Assembly (NCBI RefSeq): GCF_001194135.2
Contig: NC_068989.1
Location: 34,100,551-34,152,155, forward strand
DNA: 51,605 nt
DNA from: Octopus bimaculoides
Taxonomy: Eukaryota
Direction of reading: 5' to 3'
A model generated the notes under the pieces. It worked only from the letters and a program-made list of their open reading frames with translations. It had not been told where the DNA came from and did not search any database. The translations under genes were made by a program, and so were the position numbers. This document shows positions 10,925 through 22,087 of the stretch, one piece after another (positions within the stretch are counted from its first letter, which is position 1; each line of letters starts with the position of its first letter).

Positions 10925-11895
10925 GGATCTTTTCCTTTTGGCCGGCACATAGAAAAAATAATTTTTTGTAACTAAACACTTTCAAATTTCGTATACTGGT
11001 AGAATGTGTCATTTAAAACATCATTTACTCTTGGCGTTTTTAAGAAAATTCTTTATTTTCAAAGTTATTTCGTGTTAAAGTTGTTGTATTTTGGTAATTT
11101 CAACCAACCAATGACGTCTATTGAGGTGAAAACAATTACTGCTGTGGTTTGTCAACAAGACGTTCTGGTGGTGTAAATTTACTTTGTCACTGTTATTTAT
11201 GACATCGTTTGTGCGTTTGTACTGGTTTTAGCTTAGGGTTTTAGGGTCAGGGTAATGGAAAAGGTTTTAGAATTAGGGTTAGGGTTTTTTGCAGCTACTA
11301 TTTTCGGAAAAACATTTTTGCTCCCCTCCCCCTCCAATTTCTTCATTTTTCTCTAACTCTAACCCTAAAACCAGTACAAACACACGAACGATGTCATAAA
11401 TAAAGGTGACAAACAAAATATATACCGCTGATAGTTGTTGTTGACAAACAATGGCAGTAATTTTATTCAAGGGAAAAGATCCCAAAATAGGCAATTTCGA
11501 AAATGCTAAAACGAAATGAAAATACTTCCACAAACAAAATAAACTGAAATTTTTTTTTAAATGACTAATAACTGAATTGATTAAACTATATACATGTGTA
11601 TCTCAAATGTAAATATATCAGAAATAACGATGACAAAGTAAATTTACACCGCCAGAACATCTTGTTGACAAACCACAGCAGTAATTGTTTTCACCTCAAT
11701 AGACGTCATTGATTGGTTGAAATTACCAAAATACAACAACTTTAACACGAAATATCTTTGAAAATAAAGAAGTTTCTTAAAAACGCCAAGAGTAAATGAT
11801 GTTTTAAATGACACATTCTACCAGTATACGAAATTTGAAAGTGTTTAGTTACAAAAAATTATTTTTTCTATGTGCTGGCCTAAAGGAAAAGATTC
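10925..11895. mobile_element. Foldback/MITE DNA transposon, ~274-bp TIRs, 8-bp TSD
   Basis: Arms 10925-11198 and 11622-11895 are inverted with ~10 mismatches. Direct repeat CACATACC at 10917-10924 and 11896-11903. No ORF. Confidence 0.92.
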
Positions 11896-12837
11896 CACAT
11901 ACCTGTCCTGTGCCAGTGCAATCATTTCTGTCAAGTTTTTATCTCAGCTCATTTGTACTCTGGTGTTCATGTTCACTGACTTTACACATTCAGCAGAACA
12001 TCTTTACTTCATTTCTTTCTAGTATATATGCAGTCTTATACACAAACATTATTCAATTTGCCCTTCACTTTGAGGGAGAAGCCCTTTGTTACCAACAGCT
12101 AACAACTCCCTGAGCTTTTGAAATATCTACCTCCACTGCTAATTAAATCAGCTAGCTCAGAGAAGCAACCAACTATATCTTGTGATCCTATCAAGCATTA
12201 AAAAAATCTATTACCCAAACTATATGCCTTTAGTGCTTATTGCCTTTGTGCATTTGCCACACAAAAGTCTGCTTTCTCTGTAAGCCTGCCTGTGGTTCTA
12301 CTGTACTTGTGTATCTATAGTTTACACCAAGAAACTTTATGAAATTCCTATCTATTCCATTCCTGCATTGTGAACAACATCATTTCCCTGATATAGCAGG
12401 ATCCAGTCTACTTTCCTTCTAATACTTAGCAATTACTTCTCTAAGTTTTGCTTCACTGCCTGGAATTTCTCCAATTCTATTACAGATTTGGTTTTAAGAA
12501 CTAGATTGTTAGCATAATGAGAGTTCCCACAGACAGCTGACTTTAAATTCCTCTGTTATGATCTGGAGAACCAGGATAAATAAAAAAGATTCAGAACTGA
12601 GCCTTGTTGGATTCTTACCTGCACACAAAATTTCTCATTGTTTTCATCGTATAAGAGTTAAATTACATGAAATGAACATGTATTTAACCCTTGTCAACCA
12701 CTATTTCATGATTAAATTTTGCAGTTTCTGATTTCTGTCAATCTGTAATGGATTATGACTCGAATACTGATTCCAATAAGCAATATCATACTGTCTAGAA
12801 CTTCAATTTCCAGACCAAGGGAGAAATATTTTAATCA

Positions 12838-13345
12838 AGAGAGGTATCAAATTGCTGGACCAGGTGATGAAAGTTACAGAAAGGGTCATCGCTCAAATAA
12901 TCAGGAAGAGAGTTAGCTGAGATGAGATGCAGTTTGGTTTTGTGCCAGGAAGAAGCACTACTGATGCTATTTTCCTGGTGAGGCAGCTGCAGAAGAAGTA
13001 CCTGGCCAAAAATAAAACTCTGAATTTGACTTTCCTTGACATGGAGAAAGCTTTTAATAGGGTCCCCTGCTCTCTTATCTGGTGGACAATACAGAAGCTA
13101 GGGAGAGATGAGTAGTTGGTGAGAGCTGCACAAGCAATGTACAGGAATGTTGTAAGGTGAAAGTCAGCATACAGGCATATCCTCAACATCCCTATCTCTG
13201 CCGAGAGATCCTAGTCTTGTGGGCGCTGATGCCACAGAAAAGCACCCAATACACTCTAAAAAGTGGCTGGTGTTATGAAGTGCATCCAGCTATAGAAATT
13301 ATGCCAAAACAAATGGAGTCTGAATGTTAAAAGTTGATGACGACA
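12838..13345 (+). mobile_element. RTE-clade LINE remnant (RT fragment plus 3' tail)
   Basis: RGIKLLDQVMKVTERV, MQFGFVPGRSTTDAIFLVRQLQKKY, DMEKAFNRVP, then an internal deletion and tail ending ATGTTAAAAGTTGATGACGAC. Confidence 0.85.
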
Positions 13346-13348
13346 CAG

Positions 13349-13379
<31 letters not shown>

Positions 13380-13552
13380 ATAGTCTTGGTGACTCCTAGT
13401 CTTTCAATTCTTCAAAATTTAATTATTTATTTAAAATCATTATATCCTACATTTTCGAAACATATTTTTAAAAATTCTTGAAATAAGAGAATAAAAGTAT
13501 TAAAAAATGGAAAATTTACGACTGTCAAAATTTTTTATAAATAAAAATTTTT

Positions 13553-13991
13553 NNNNNNNNNNNNNNNNNNNNNNNNNNNNNNNNNNNNNNNNNNNNNNNN
13601 NNNNNNNNNNNNNNNNNNNNNNNNNNNNNNNNNNNNNNNNNNNNNNNNNNNNNNNNNNNNNNNNNNNNNNNNNNNNNNNNNNNNNNNNNNNNNNNNNNNN
13701 NNNNNNNNNNNNNNNNNNNNNNNNNNNNNNNNNNNNNNNNNNNNNNNNNNNNNNNNNNNNNNNNNNNNNNNNNNNNNNNNNNNNNNNNNNNNNNNNNNNN
13801 NNNNNNNNNNNNNNNNNNNNNNNNNNNNNNNNNNNNNNNNNNNNNNNNNNNNNNNNNNNNNNNNNNNNNNNNNNNNNNNNNNNNNNNNNNNNNNNNNNNN
13901 NNNNNNNNNNNNNNNNNNNNNNNNNNNNNNNNNNNNNNNNNNNNNNNNNNNNNNNNNNNNNNNNNNNNNNNNNNNNNNNNNNNNNNNNNNN
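13553..13991. other. Assembly gap (N run)
   Basis: Run of N; further gaps at 14938-14947 and 16234-16561. Confidence 1.
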
Positions 13992-14485
13992 ATTTTAAAA
14001 TATAGAAATTTTAATATTTTTTGTATTTTTACATAATAAAGACTTAACGAATTATTATCGTACTTCACAATCAAACTATACGGTCTTTAAAAAGGACAAA
14101 TTAAATAATGTAGTCTTAGTCATATACAACGAGGAGATGGGCAAGGCTGGAATGAGTCTAACCATAGTGGTCGATCAAATTGTTTAGGATTAAACAATAA
14201 CGATATAAAATACCAAATCTATACAATCATCCACAAGTCTCCTCTAAACCAAACAAGATGACCGTAGAACAACGTCGAATACAACAGAATTCTTGTTATT
14301 TTTTTGTCAATATAAATACTGTATGCATGAAGGAAATATCTTTTACCAATGTTATGTATTTTCTCATCGATATAATTACTAAACTTTGACAAATATATTT
14401 TAACACTGCTAATTACTGATCCCTGAAGGGTTCATATAATTATATCGTTTAAACAAATTATTATAGACCTGAGACAAATATGTCA

Positions 14486-14900
14486 ACTTACCATTTTAGG
14501 TGTAATCAGTATACTGTATCTTTTTAACCCTAAATAAATGATTTCGTTAAATTGTAGTTTTCAAAGGTTTTGTCAATTTTATTCATGTTCCTGAACAAAG
14601 CAGGTCGATGCAGTTCATGTAGTTTCTAACATCTTTAGCCATAGATCCGTATCCAGTCACACTGACGCAGTGTTATGTTTTTGTCTTTAGCCACAGTTTC
14701 GATACAAAGTGTGTATATGAGGGAGGGGTGCACGCGCATACATATTTGAAGCAGTCAAGAGCGTTGTATATAACGCCTTTCAGTATCCTAGCTCTTTGTG
14801 CTTTAATATTAAATTCCACTTTAGCATGTCGGGTGAAATGTCTAGCGGTATTGCGTCTGTCTCCTTTTTTTCTTACGTGTCACACATGTGTTCGTGGTGA
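14486..14900 (-). promoter_or_regulatory. Candidate CpG-enriched promoter and first exon of the minus-strand ZNF
   Basis: CpG visibly enriched at 14600-14900 versus flanks; consensus donor AAAATG|GTAAGT at 14491-14486. Could instead be the 5' UTR of the adjacent LINE. Confidence 0.35.
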
Positions 14901-15079
14901 AAATTGCTGTTTCTTAGTGTTAATATTGCTAATAACTNNNNNNNNNNGAAAATTGCTGTTTCTTAGTGTTAATATTGCTAATAACTGCTGTTTCTTGTTA
15001 AATTGTTGGAGTTTTCATTTGAAAACACTAAGTGCTTGTAGAAAGCACGCGTTGTTCATTCCCCCGTTGGGGAGAAGAA

Positions 15080-17240
15080 TGTCGTTTAGCGAGGAGCCTA
15101 CCGTTGGAACAGAAATACTTGTTTCTCTTTTTGAAAGGAAGAATTACATGTTGTCTGTCGAGGAGCCAACTACGAATAAAGAAATATTGGATTCCCCCGA
15201 AAATGGAATTTTTGATTCCCCCGTTGCCAAAAAAATGACAAAATGTATGAGTTATTTGGAGATGTGTCTGAAAGCTCGTCAGAACTTACACTAGAAGAAT
15301 TCCCGAGCTTGATAGTCTTCCATACGAGCTGTATAAATGTATACCAGACTTGTTCGGGCATCTACTGGCTGACGTGTACTCGAACTGGCAACAGAATGGG
15401 TTTATCCCCAGATCTGTGCGCCGGGGAGTAGTGACGTTGGTCAGAAAGGACCCAGACATGGGGGACATTATAGAGAATTTCAGGCCCATCACTCTGTTAA
15501 ACACAGAATGGAAGATTTTGGCCAAGGTCTTAGCAGAAAGGTTGGTGCGTGTCGCGAATGGTATAGTCGGGGAGGCACAGACATGTGCCATCCCAGGCAG
15601 AACCATTCAGGATACCTTCCATCTTATTCGCTATACCATAAAGAGGGTTGGTAATAAATCTGGCAAAGGTGGGGCATTGGTACATTTGGACCAGTCTAAA
15701 GCTTTTGATAGGGTTGACTATCGATACCTGGCGACTGTGCTTGTGTGGTTCGACCTGGGCCTTGGCTTCCTCAGGTGGTTTATCGCTTTGTACCACAACA
15801 TTGACTTGATAGTTCGGGTGAACGGTTTCCTTTCGAAGCCGTTTTGCATCAGACTCTCAGTTTGTCAAGGATGTCCGCTCTCACCACTTTTGTATGTGGT
15901 GGCTCTTGAGCCCCTACTGCGAAGGTTGAGCGGCATCCCGTGAGAACCAGGTCTAGAGGAGTTTGTTACGGCTTATGCGGATGATATCACTATCAGCGTA
16001 ACCTCACTAGCACGCCTACGTGAAGTGGGTAAGACTATTGAGGCTTACGAGGAGGTGACAGGAGCAAAGATTAACCGGGAAAAGTCGGTCGGGTTGCAGC
16101 TTGGCACCTGGGTTGGCAAGTCGATGCCTTCAGACAGCGTTGTTGGGCGCTGGACGGAGGGACCGGTTAAGTTGCTGGGAGTTTGGTTCGGACCAGGCCT
16201 CCAGATAGAGAAAAACTGGGCAGAGGTATTGAGNNNNNNNNNNNNNNNNNNNNNNNNNNNNNNNNNNNNNNNNNNNNNNNNNNNNNNNNNNNNNNNNNNN
16301 NNNNNNNNNNNNNNNNNNNNNNNNNNNNNNNNNNNNNNNNNNNNNNNNNNNNNNNNNNNNNNNNNNNNNNNNNNNNNNNNNNNNNNNNNNNNNNNNNNNN
16401 NNNNNNNNNNNNNNNNNNNNNNNNNNNNNNNNNNNNNNNNNNNNNNNNNNNNNNNNNNNNNNNNNNNNNNNNNNNNNNNNNNNNNNNNNNNNNNNNNNNN
16501 NNNNNNNNNNNNNNNNNNNNNNNNNNNNNNNNNNNNNNNNNNNNNNNNNNNNNNNNNNNNNTTGCTATTCCGGCATCAGGCAACGCCAGCGGTGGGGGTT
16601 CCACACAGATTTTATATAGTGGGTTCGTAGAGTCTGAATGCAACGATGGCCTGGGGGCGACTCTAGGTCTTGGGTTTATTCAACTGGACCAGCCTGTTTC
16701 ACCGTACATTCAGGTTGAGAACGTTGGACAATCCAAAAGTCTTTAACCTGGCAATGCTACAGAGGTGCCTTGCCCATTTGGGATAAGCTCGCAAGACACA
16801 GTAAGCGTCAGTCGCCGACCTGTCCAAGATACTGGGGAGACAGGGAAACCGTTTCTCACGCTATTGTTCAGTGTCCGGAGATATCTGAAATGTGGGCTTA
16901 TGCTGAACACCTGTTGTCCGGCAAAGGAAGAGTACAGCTGTCAACTGAGTCAACTATAAAAATTGACCCACCAAGAGTTTTAACAAACGAAGGTAAGAAT
17001 TGTTTTCTCACGGTTGTAGCAACAGCGAAAGAGGCAGTATGGAAGACTAGGATAAAAGGAATTAAGACAGGCAACTTTATCTCTGGCCACAATTTACGAT
17101 CATTTTTTACTTTTCATTTGAAAAGGAAGGTGTGGCTGGAGAAGAGATGTCTGTCGGAGTGTACATTCCAAAAGAGATGGAAGCATGTTGCACAAGTGTT
17201 GTGTGTGCAAGGAACCATGTGAATAGATGAAAAAAAAAGA
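15080..17240 (+). mobile_element. Tx1/L1-clade LINE, rearranged, RT and C-terminal CCHC region
   Basis: LPYELYK..PDLFGHLL, FRPITLLNTEWKILAKVL, LDQSKAFDRVD, QGCPLSPLLY, in-frame TGA at 15941, YADD at 15974-15985, CPRYWGDRETVSHAIVQCP; stop at 17222 then an A-rich tract. Confidence 0.9.
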
Positions 17241-17419
17241 ACAAAAAGGGTACCAGCGATAGATTGGAGCTTGTGGGGTCAGAGTGTGGCCTGATCATCG
17301 CTTCATTTGTATTGACCCTGTATTGTTAATTTCATTCGATTTTTAAAATATTTTATTTAATTTTTAAAAGTCACATTTAATGTAAAATCATACCACATTA
17401 CTGATCCTATCAGTTGTTC

Positions 17420-17632
17420 TGTCCATCACTATGTTTAGCCCCCAGTGGGCAATAAAGAAATTGGTATTTCATCTGTCTTTATGTTCTGAGTTCAAATTCC
17501 GCCGAGATTGACTTTGCCTTTCATCCTTTCGGGGTCAATAAATTAAGCACCAGTTGCATACTGGGCTCAATTTAATCGACTGGCCCCTCCCCTAAAATTT
17601 CGGGCCTTGTGCCTAGAGTAGAAAAGAATATT
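17420..17632 (+). mobile_element. SINE with Nin/Deu-like domain
   Basis: GAGTTCAAATTCCGCC B-box-like motif followed by GACTTTGCCTTTCATCCTTTCGGGGTCAATAAATTAAGCACCAG. Confidence 0.75.
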
Positions 17633-17929
17633 AAATTCCACTACGGGCCACTTTGTCTTTCATTATTCTAGACTGAATAAATAAAATAACAAGGTTTAAA
17701 ATAATAAAAATTATCACTGCCCAATTTATGCATTTTATTTTCCAGCTGTAGCAAGCTTCTAACGATGTCTCTTACCATTTGTATATTATTGATCAGCTAT
17801 ATATTATAATTACTATTGAAATATTATCATAATGGAAGGAAGGTTTTTATGATACTTTTGGGGTATCTTCTTCCATTATAATTATTCTGTTGATTCAAGG
17901 AGCTGGAAATATGAAGAATGAAGTTCTCA

Positions 17930-18250
17930 GGTGGAGTAAATTCAATAACAGTTTATTCACAGGTGCTTCGTACAAGGGGTTTGCTTTCAGTAACCATCTT
18001 CACAGCAGTGCGTAGTTAGCCTTCTCTCCCATACACGTGAGGTTCAATAACCTCTGGAGACAATGCATGTGGTATCACAGTGGGACAAAAGTCTGTTGTG
18101 AGTTTCTGGCTTTGAAGTCTTGCTTGCATCCACATGAGAAGAATGAGAGGCAAAATGTCTTTTCCTTAAATAATGGTTGCAGGCAAGATCTTGTTTTTTG
18201 TCTTGCATATGGCAATGGTTGCAGGCGAAATCTTGCTGTTTCAAAATAGC
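17930..18250 (-). mobile_element. Possible BEL/Pao integrase C-terminal remnant
   Basis: Minus frame EVIEPHVYGREG*LRTAVKMVTESKPLVRS resembles the PGRDGxVRxxxVxTxxGxxxRP motif; short and decayed. Confidence 0.35.
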
Positions 18251-18810
18251 GCTGGCCTCTTTGTGCCTCGCTACATTATCATGAATCCTTATGACTTCTG
18301 CGTAAAATCAGTGTTTCAAAAAGAATCAAATTTCATGTTATGTTATGTTTTAAATTCATAATTGATTTGCATTTGCTCTAGAGCTATAAATAATATCCCA
18401 TCTGGCTTGTACCTGAAAAATTTTAGTATCATGAATTTCAATCATTTAGTCCATATGAATCCAGATTAATTGTAAAGAACCTTTCCTTGTGCAAATAGAA
18501 TGTTATCTAGTGAATGATTTCATATTTGGGAGTAAAATAAATGCATGAATTTCGAGTATGCAGACACACTACTCACCATTTATTCCAGCCAATGTTGTCT
18601 TGCGATAAATTGTTGTCAACATTAAAGAGCTACCATATCTGTGATTTATGTACCAAAACGTATATAGAACATCCAGGAATAAGTAACAGAAATGAGAAAG
18701 GTACATAAGGGAAGATGGTGATCCCCTAGTTTTCAGCTCACATAGGTGGGTGGTTTATAATGTCTAGTCCTTCCTTCCTTAACTCAGCATCTAGGACCCT
18801 TAACATATAA

Positions 18811-19255
18811 TCATCATCATCATCATACATTCATTTTATATGCTGGCATGGGTTGGACAGTTTGATGAGTGGTGGCTAGCAGAAGATTTGCCTGGGCTCC
18901 ATGTTTATTTTGGTAGGTTTTCTACAGCTGGATGCCCTTACTAATGCCAACCACTTTACAGAGTGTACTGGGTGCTTTTATGCAGCACTGGTACAGGTGC
19001 ATTTTACATGGCACCAGCACCCACGAGCCTGCAAGATTAGGAATACTCAGCTGGAGAGGGATGCAGGGGACGTGCCTGTATGCAAGGACAACCATGATTT
19101 TACTTAGCTTGACATATCTTAAGCACAACAAACTGCCAAGAGTCAGAGACCCTTGTCTTACCCTCTGTGAGGCCCAGTGTCTGAAAATCCTTTTTCACCA
19201 CTTCATCCCATTCTTCTTGGGTCTAACCCTTCCATATGTTCCCAAATAACCACTT
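18811..19255 (-). mobile_element. RTE LINE 3' end
   Basis: Minus strand GRVRPKKNGMKW (GRPKKTW-like), 3' UTR, ..CCAACCCATGCCAGCAT.. and (GAT)n tail at 18811-18825. Confidence 0.75.
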
Positions 19256-19997
19256 CTATCACTGTCTAGATGATGCCTATGAATAGCTCAAATTCTGATC
19301 TCTTTGTAGGGACAGGCTTGGTATTTGATAAGAATTTATAACTGACGGCATGATTCTAATACTCTCACAAATACATTATCACCTTTTTTTCTCTCACATA
19401 TTCAGTATCATCATCAAATATAGTAATTAATTTTTACTTAGTCAAAATGCTTGTAATCTGTTAAAGTGTATACCTCTTAACCATAATATGATTTATAACA
19501 GGACTGTTGCCATTCATATTTAATTTAAGCTGTTTGTTGTTGTTATAATAAGTGCATAGTGAACACCAATTATCAAGGCATTAAACAGTTTTCAAGAAGT
19601 GTAAAAGAGGGAGAAAATACAAAGAAAGGATGCTATCTTGAAGTGTTAAAAATTGCTAACTAGCAGTGAATTAGAATTAGTTTTCTGTCATAGAAGGAAA
19701 AAGGGAATTTTGAAAATCATGTTTTGATAAAAATACATTAAAATTAGAATTTTAAAGAATTTTTTAGACAGTGCAGCCTTTTAGTAAAAGATAGATACTC
19801 CAAAGTAATTAATAAACAGCTTTTTTTTTTATTATAGTATAGATGTTTTGTGTCAAGCTGTAAATTCTATTTACATATAAAATACAGTAATTCACACACT
19901 ATATAGTACACATCCAAATAATACCTTTTAATAGTTGTTTTTTAAGTTCAAATATGTTTCTGTCATCTTTGTATTCAATGCCAATTCTAGACATCAA

Positions 19998-20906
19998 TGA
20001 GGTGGTATCAAAAATTCCTACACTAGTTTAACAGAAAAATAACTTATTTACCTAAGTTTTAACATCAACTCCTTTAAAATAATCACCTTGCACAGCAATA
20101 CACCAGTCCAGGCATTCATCCAACTTTTAGAATCCAGCCTGGAAGTTGTTTTCCATGAGTGAATTGAGAACCTTCTGTAATTCACTCTGGATCTTGACAA
20201 CGGTGTTAAAACAGTGACCTTTGAGCTGCATTTTCCTGTTGGGAAAGAGATAGAAGTCTGCAGGTGCTAAATCTGGCAAATAGGGAAGGTGTGGAAGCAA
20301 TACTGTGTTGTTTTTGGTGAGAAACTAATGAGTGAGGAGAGCTCAGTGACAGGGTGCATTTTTGTCATGAAGAATCCAATTCTTCGTGCTCAACAGATCT
20401 GGTCACTTTTGCCAGATGTCCCCCCTCAAATGTTTCAAAATGTCGCAGTAGAACTTTCACTTGATGGTCTGGCCCAAGGGGACGAATTCTTGATGCACAA
20501 TACCATATTTCTGGGGGTGACACTCATGGCAGGTCTTCCAGATTGCTCATTATCTTCCAGAAACGTTCTTCCACTTTTGAAGCGCCCATGCCACTCAAAA
20601 GATGTGTACAACCCATTGTTTCATCATTGTAAGGTTGCTGAAACATACTCAATGTCTCTGTAGCAGACTTCCCAGGTTTATTGCAAAATTTCACGTTGAC
20701 TCTTTGTTCCAACTTCCTGTCCATAACAAAATCGCAGACTACAATATACACATGCTCATAAAACACAAATTTCACAACTTGCATAATAAAAACCCAGCAC
20801 ATTGCCTCATGAAGGTCACTGCTAGCTCTGACTGTGCACACAACCATGTGCTGCCTTCTGTTGGCACACTACAGAACTAGTTTGGGAACTTTTTGATATC
20901 ACCTTG
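19998..20906 (-). mobile_element. Internally deleted mariner
   Basis: TIRs TGAGGTGGTATCAAAAATTCC and GGGAACTTTTTGATATCACCTTG(TA). Minus strand MDRKLEQRVNVKFC..KSATETLSMFQQ and C-terminal VHQEFVPLGQTI. Confidence 0.85.
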
Positions 20907-20929
20907 TACAATGTGTCATTTTGTATGAC

Positions 20930-21917
20930 TGTTAGCCAGAGGGGAAGCAGATAAGAAAAGATTTGCCAATGTTCTGCATTGTGAGGACCAAAGACTTGAG
21001 GTATTTCGTGTTGCAAGACAGTGTAGGAGAGAGAATAGTGATGTCGTAGGAGAGAAATGTGTTCGCATGGATGATGGTATGCTTGCACTAAATGAGGCTG
21101 CAATGAGAGAGGTTTGGAGACACCACTATGAAAGGTTGCTCAATAAAGAGAATGAATGGGAGAAAGAGAGTCTGCCGAATGTCGACCCAACAGAGGGACC
21201 AGCTATCCGAGTTGATAGTACCATGCTAGATAAAGCAATTAAGAGTATGAAGACAGGGAAAGCCACCGGCCTATCTGGAATCACTACAGAGATGCTCAAA
21301 ATATCTGGCAGTGTCGGCTATAGCCTAGTCACCCGTATTGTTAACCAGGTGATACACGAAGGAGTCATACCCAATGACTGGTGTAGCAGCACCATAGTCA
21401 ACCGCTACAAAGGTAAAGGTGACGCTTTAGATACAAATAATTACAGAGGTATCAAGTTGTTAGATCAGGTAATGAAAGTCACGGAGAGGGTCATAGCCCA
21501 ACTAATTAGGGAGAGAGTTAGTTTAGATGAGATAGTTTGGGTTCGTGCCTAGGAAAAGCATCACTGATGCTATATTTCTGGTAAGACAGCTTCAGGAAGA
21601 ATTTCTAACCAAAGATAAACCTCTGTACCTGGCTTTCGTTGACATGGAGAAAGCCTTTGACAGTGAGAGCTGTGCGAGCCATGTACAGAGACGCTGTCAG
21701 TAAGGTGAGGTTTGACAACGAGTACAATGAAGAATTCCGGGTAGAGGTAGGGGTCCACCAAGGTTCAGTCCTCAGCCCCCTCCTATTTATCATAGTCCTC
21801 CAGGCAATAACACAGGAATTCTCTATGCTGATGACCTTGCACTAATTGCTGAGTCAAATTGCTCAGTCAAATCGTCCAACCCATGGAAAGTGGATGTTAA
21901 ATGATGATGATGATGAC
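20930..21917 (+). mobile_element. RTE-clade LINE, 5'-truncated with internal deletions
   Basis: VWRHHYERLLN, GKATGLSGITTEMLK, YKGKGDAL..NYRGIKLLDQVMK, VGVHQGSVLSPLLFIIVL, YADDL (~21825), (GAT)n tail. Confidence 0.9.
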
Positions 21918-22087
21918 TTTATAGTAATTTGATGTTTTGGGGGGTTACTTGTAAATAAAGTGAACTGAAATTAAACGCTACAGCATTATAATTCCAATGG
22001 TTGATTTTTATCGTATATATAAATAACATTGACAAATGTATAGAAGAATAAAGACCAATTGAAGTCTCATTGTTTAGTGAAGTAGAT

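Noticed and set aside
13507-14074. Long ORFs spanning N runs (also 16167-16746)
   Set aside because: Artefacts of translating assembly gaps.
14899-14986. Exact 39-bp direct repeat
   Set aside because: The copies flank a 10-N gap exactly, so an unmerged contig overlap is the likely cause.
17296-17306. ATCGCTTC, the start of U2 snRNA, after the Tx1 element (some Tx1 families target U2)
   Set aside because: Only 8 nt match and the following sequence is not U2.
18044-18244. Cys/His-rich ORF (FACNHCH..LACNHY) as a novel metal-binding protein
   Set aside because: The pattern comes from a ~40-bp tandem duplication in a decayed element; the ORF is short with no supporting gene structure.
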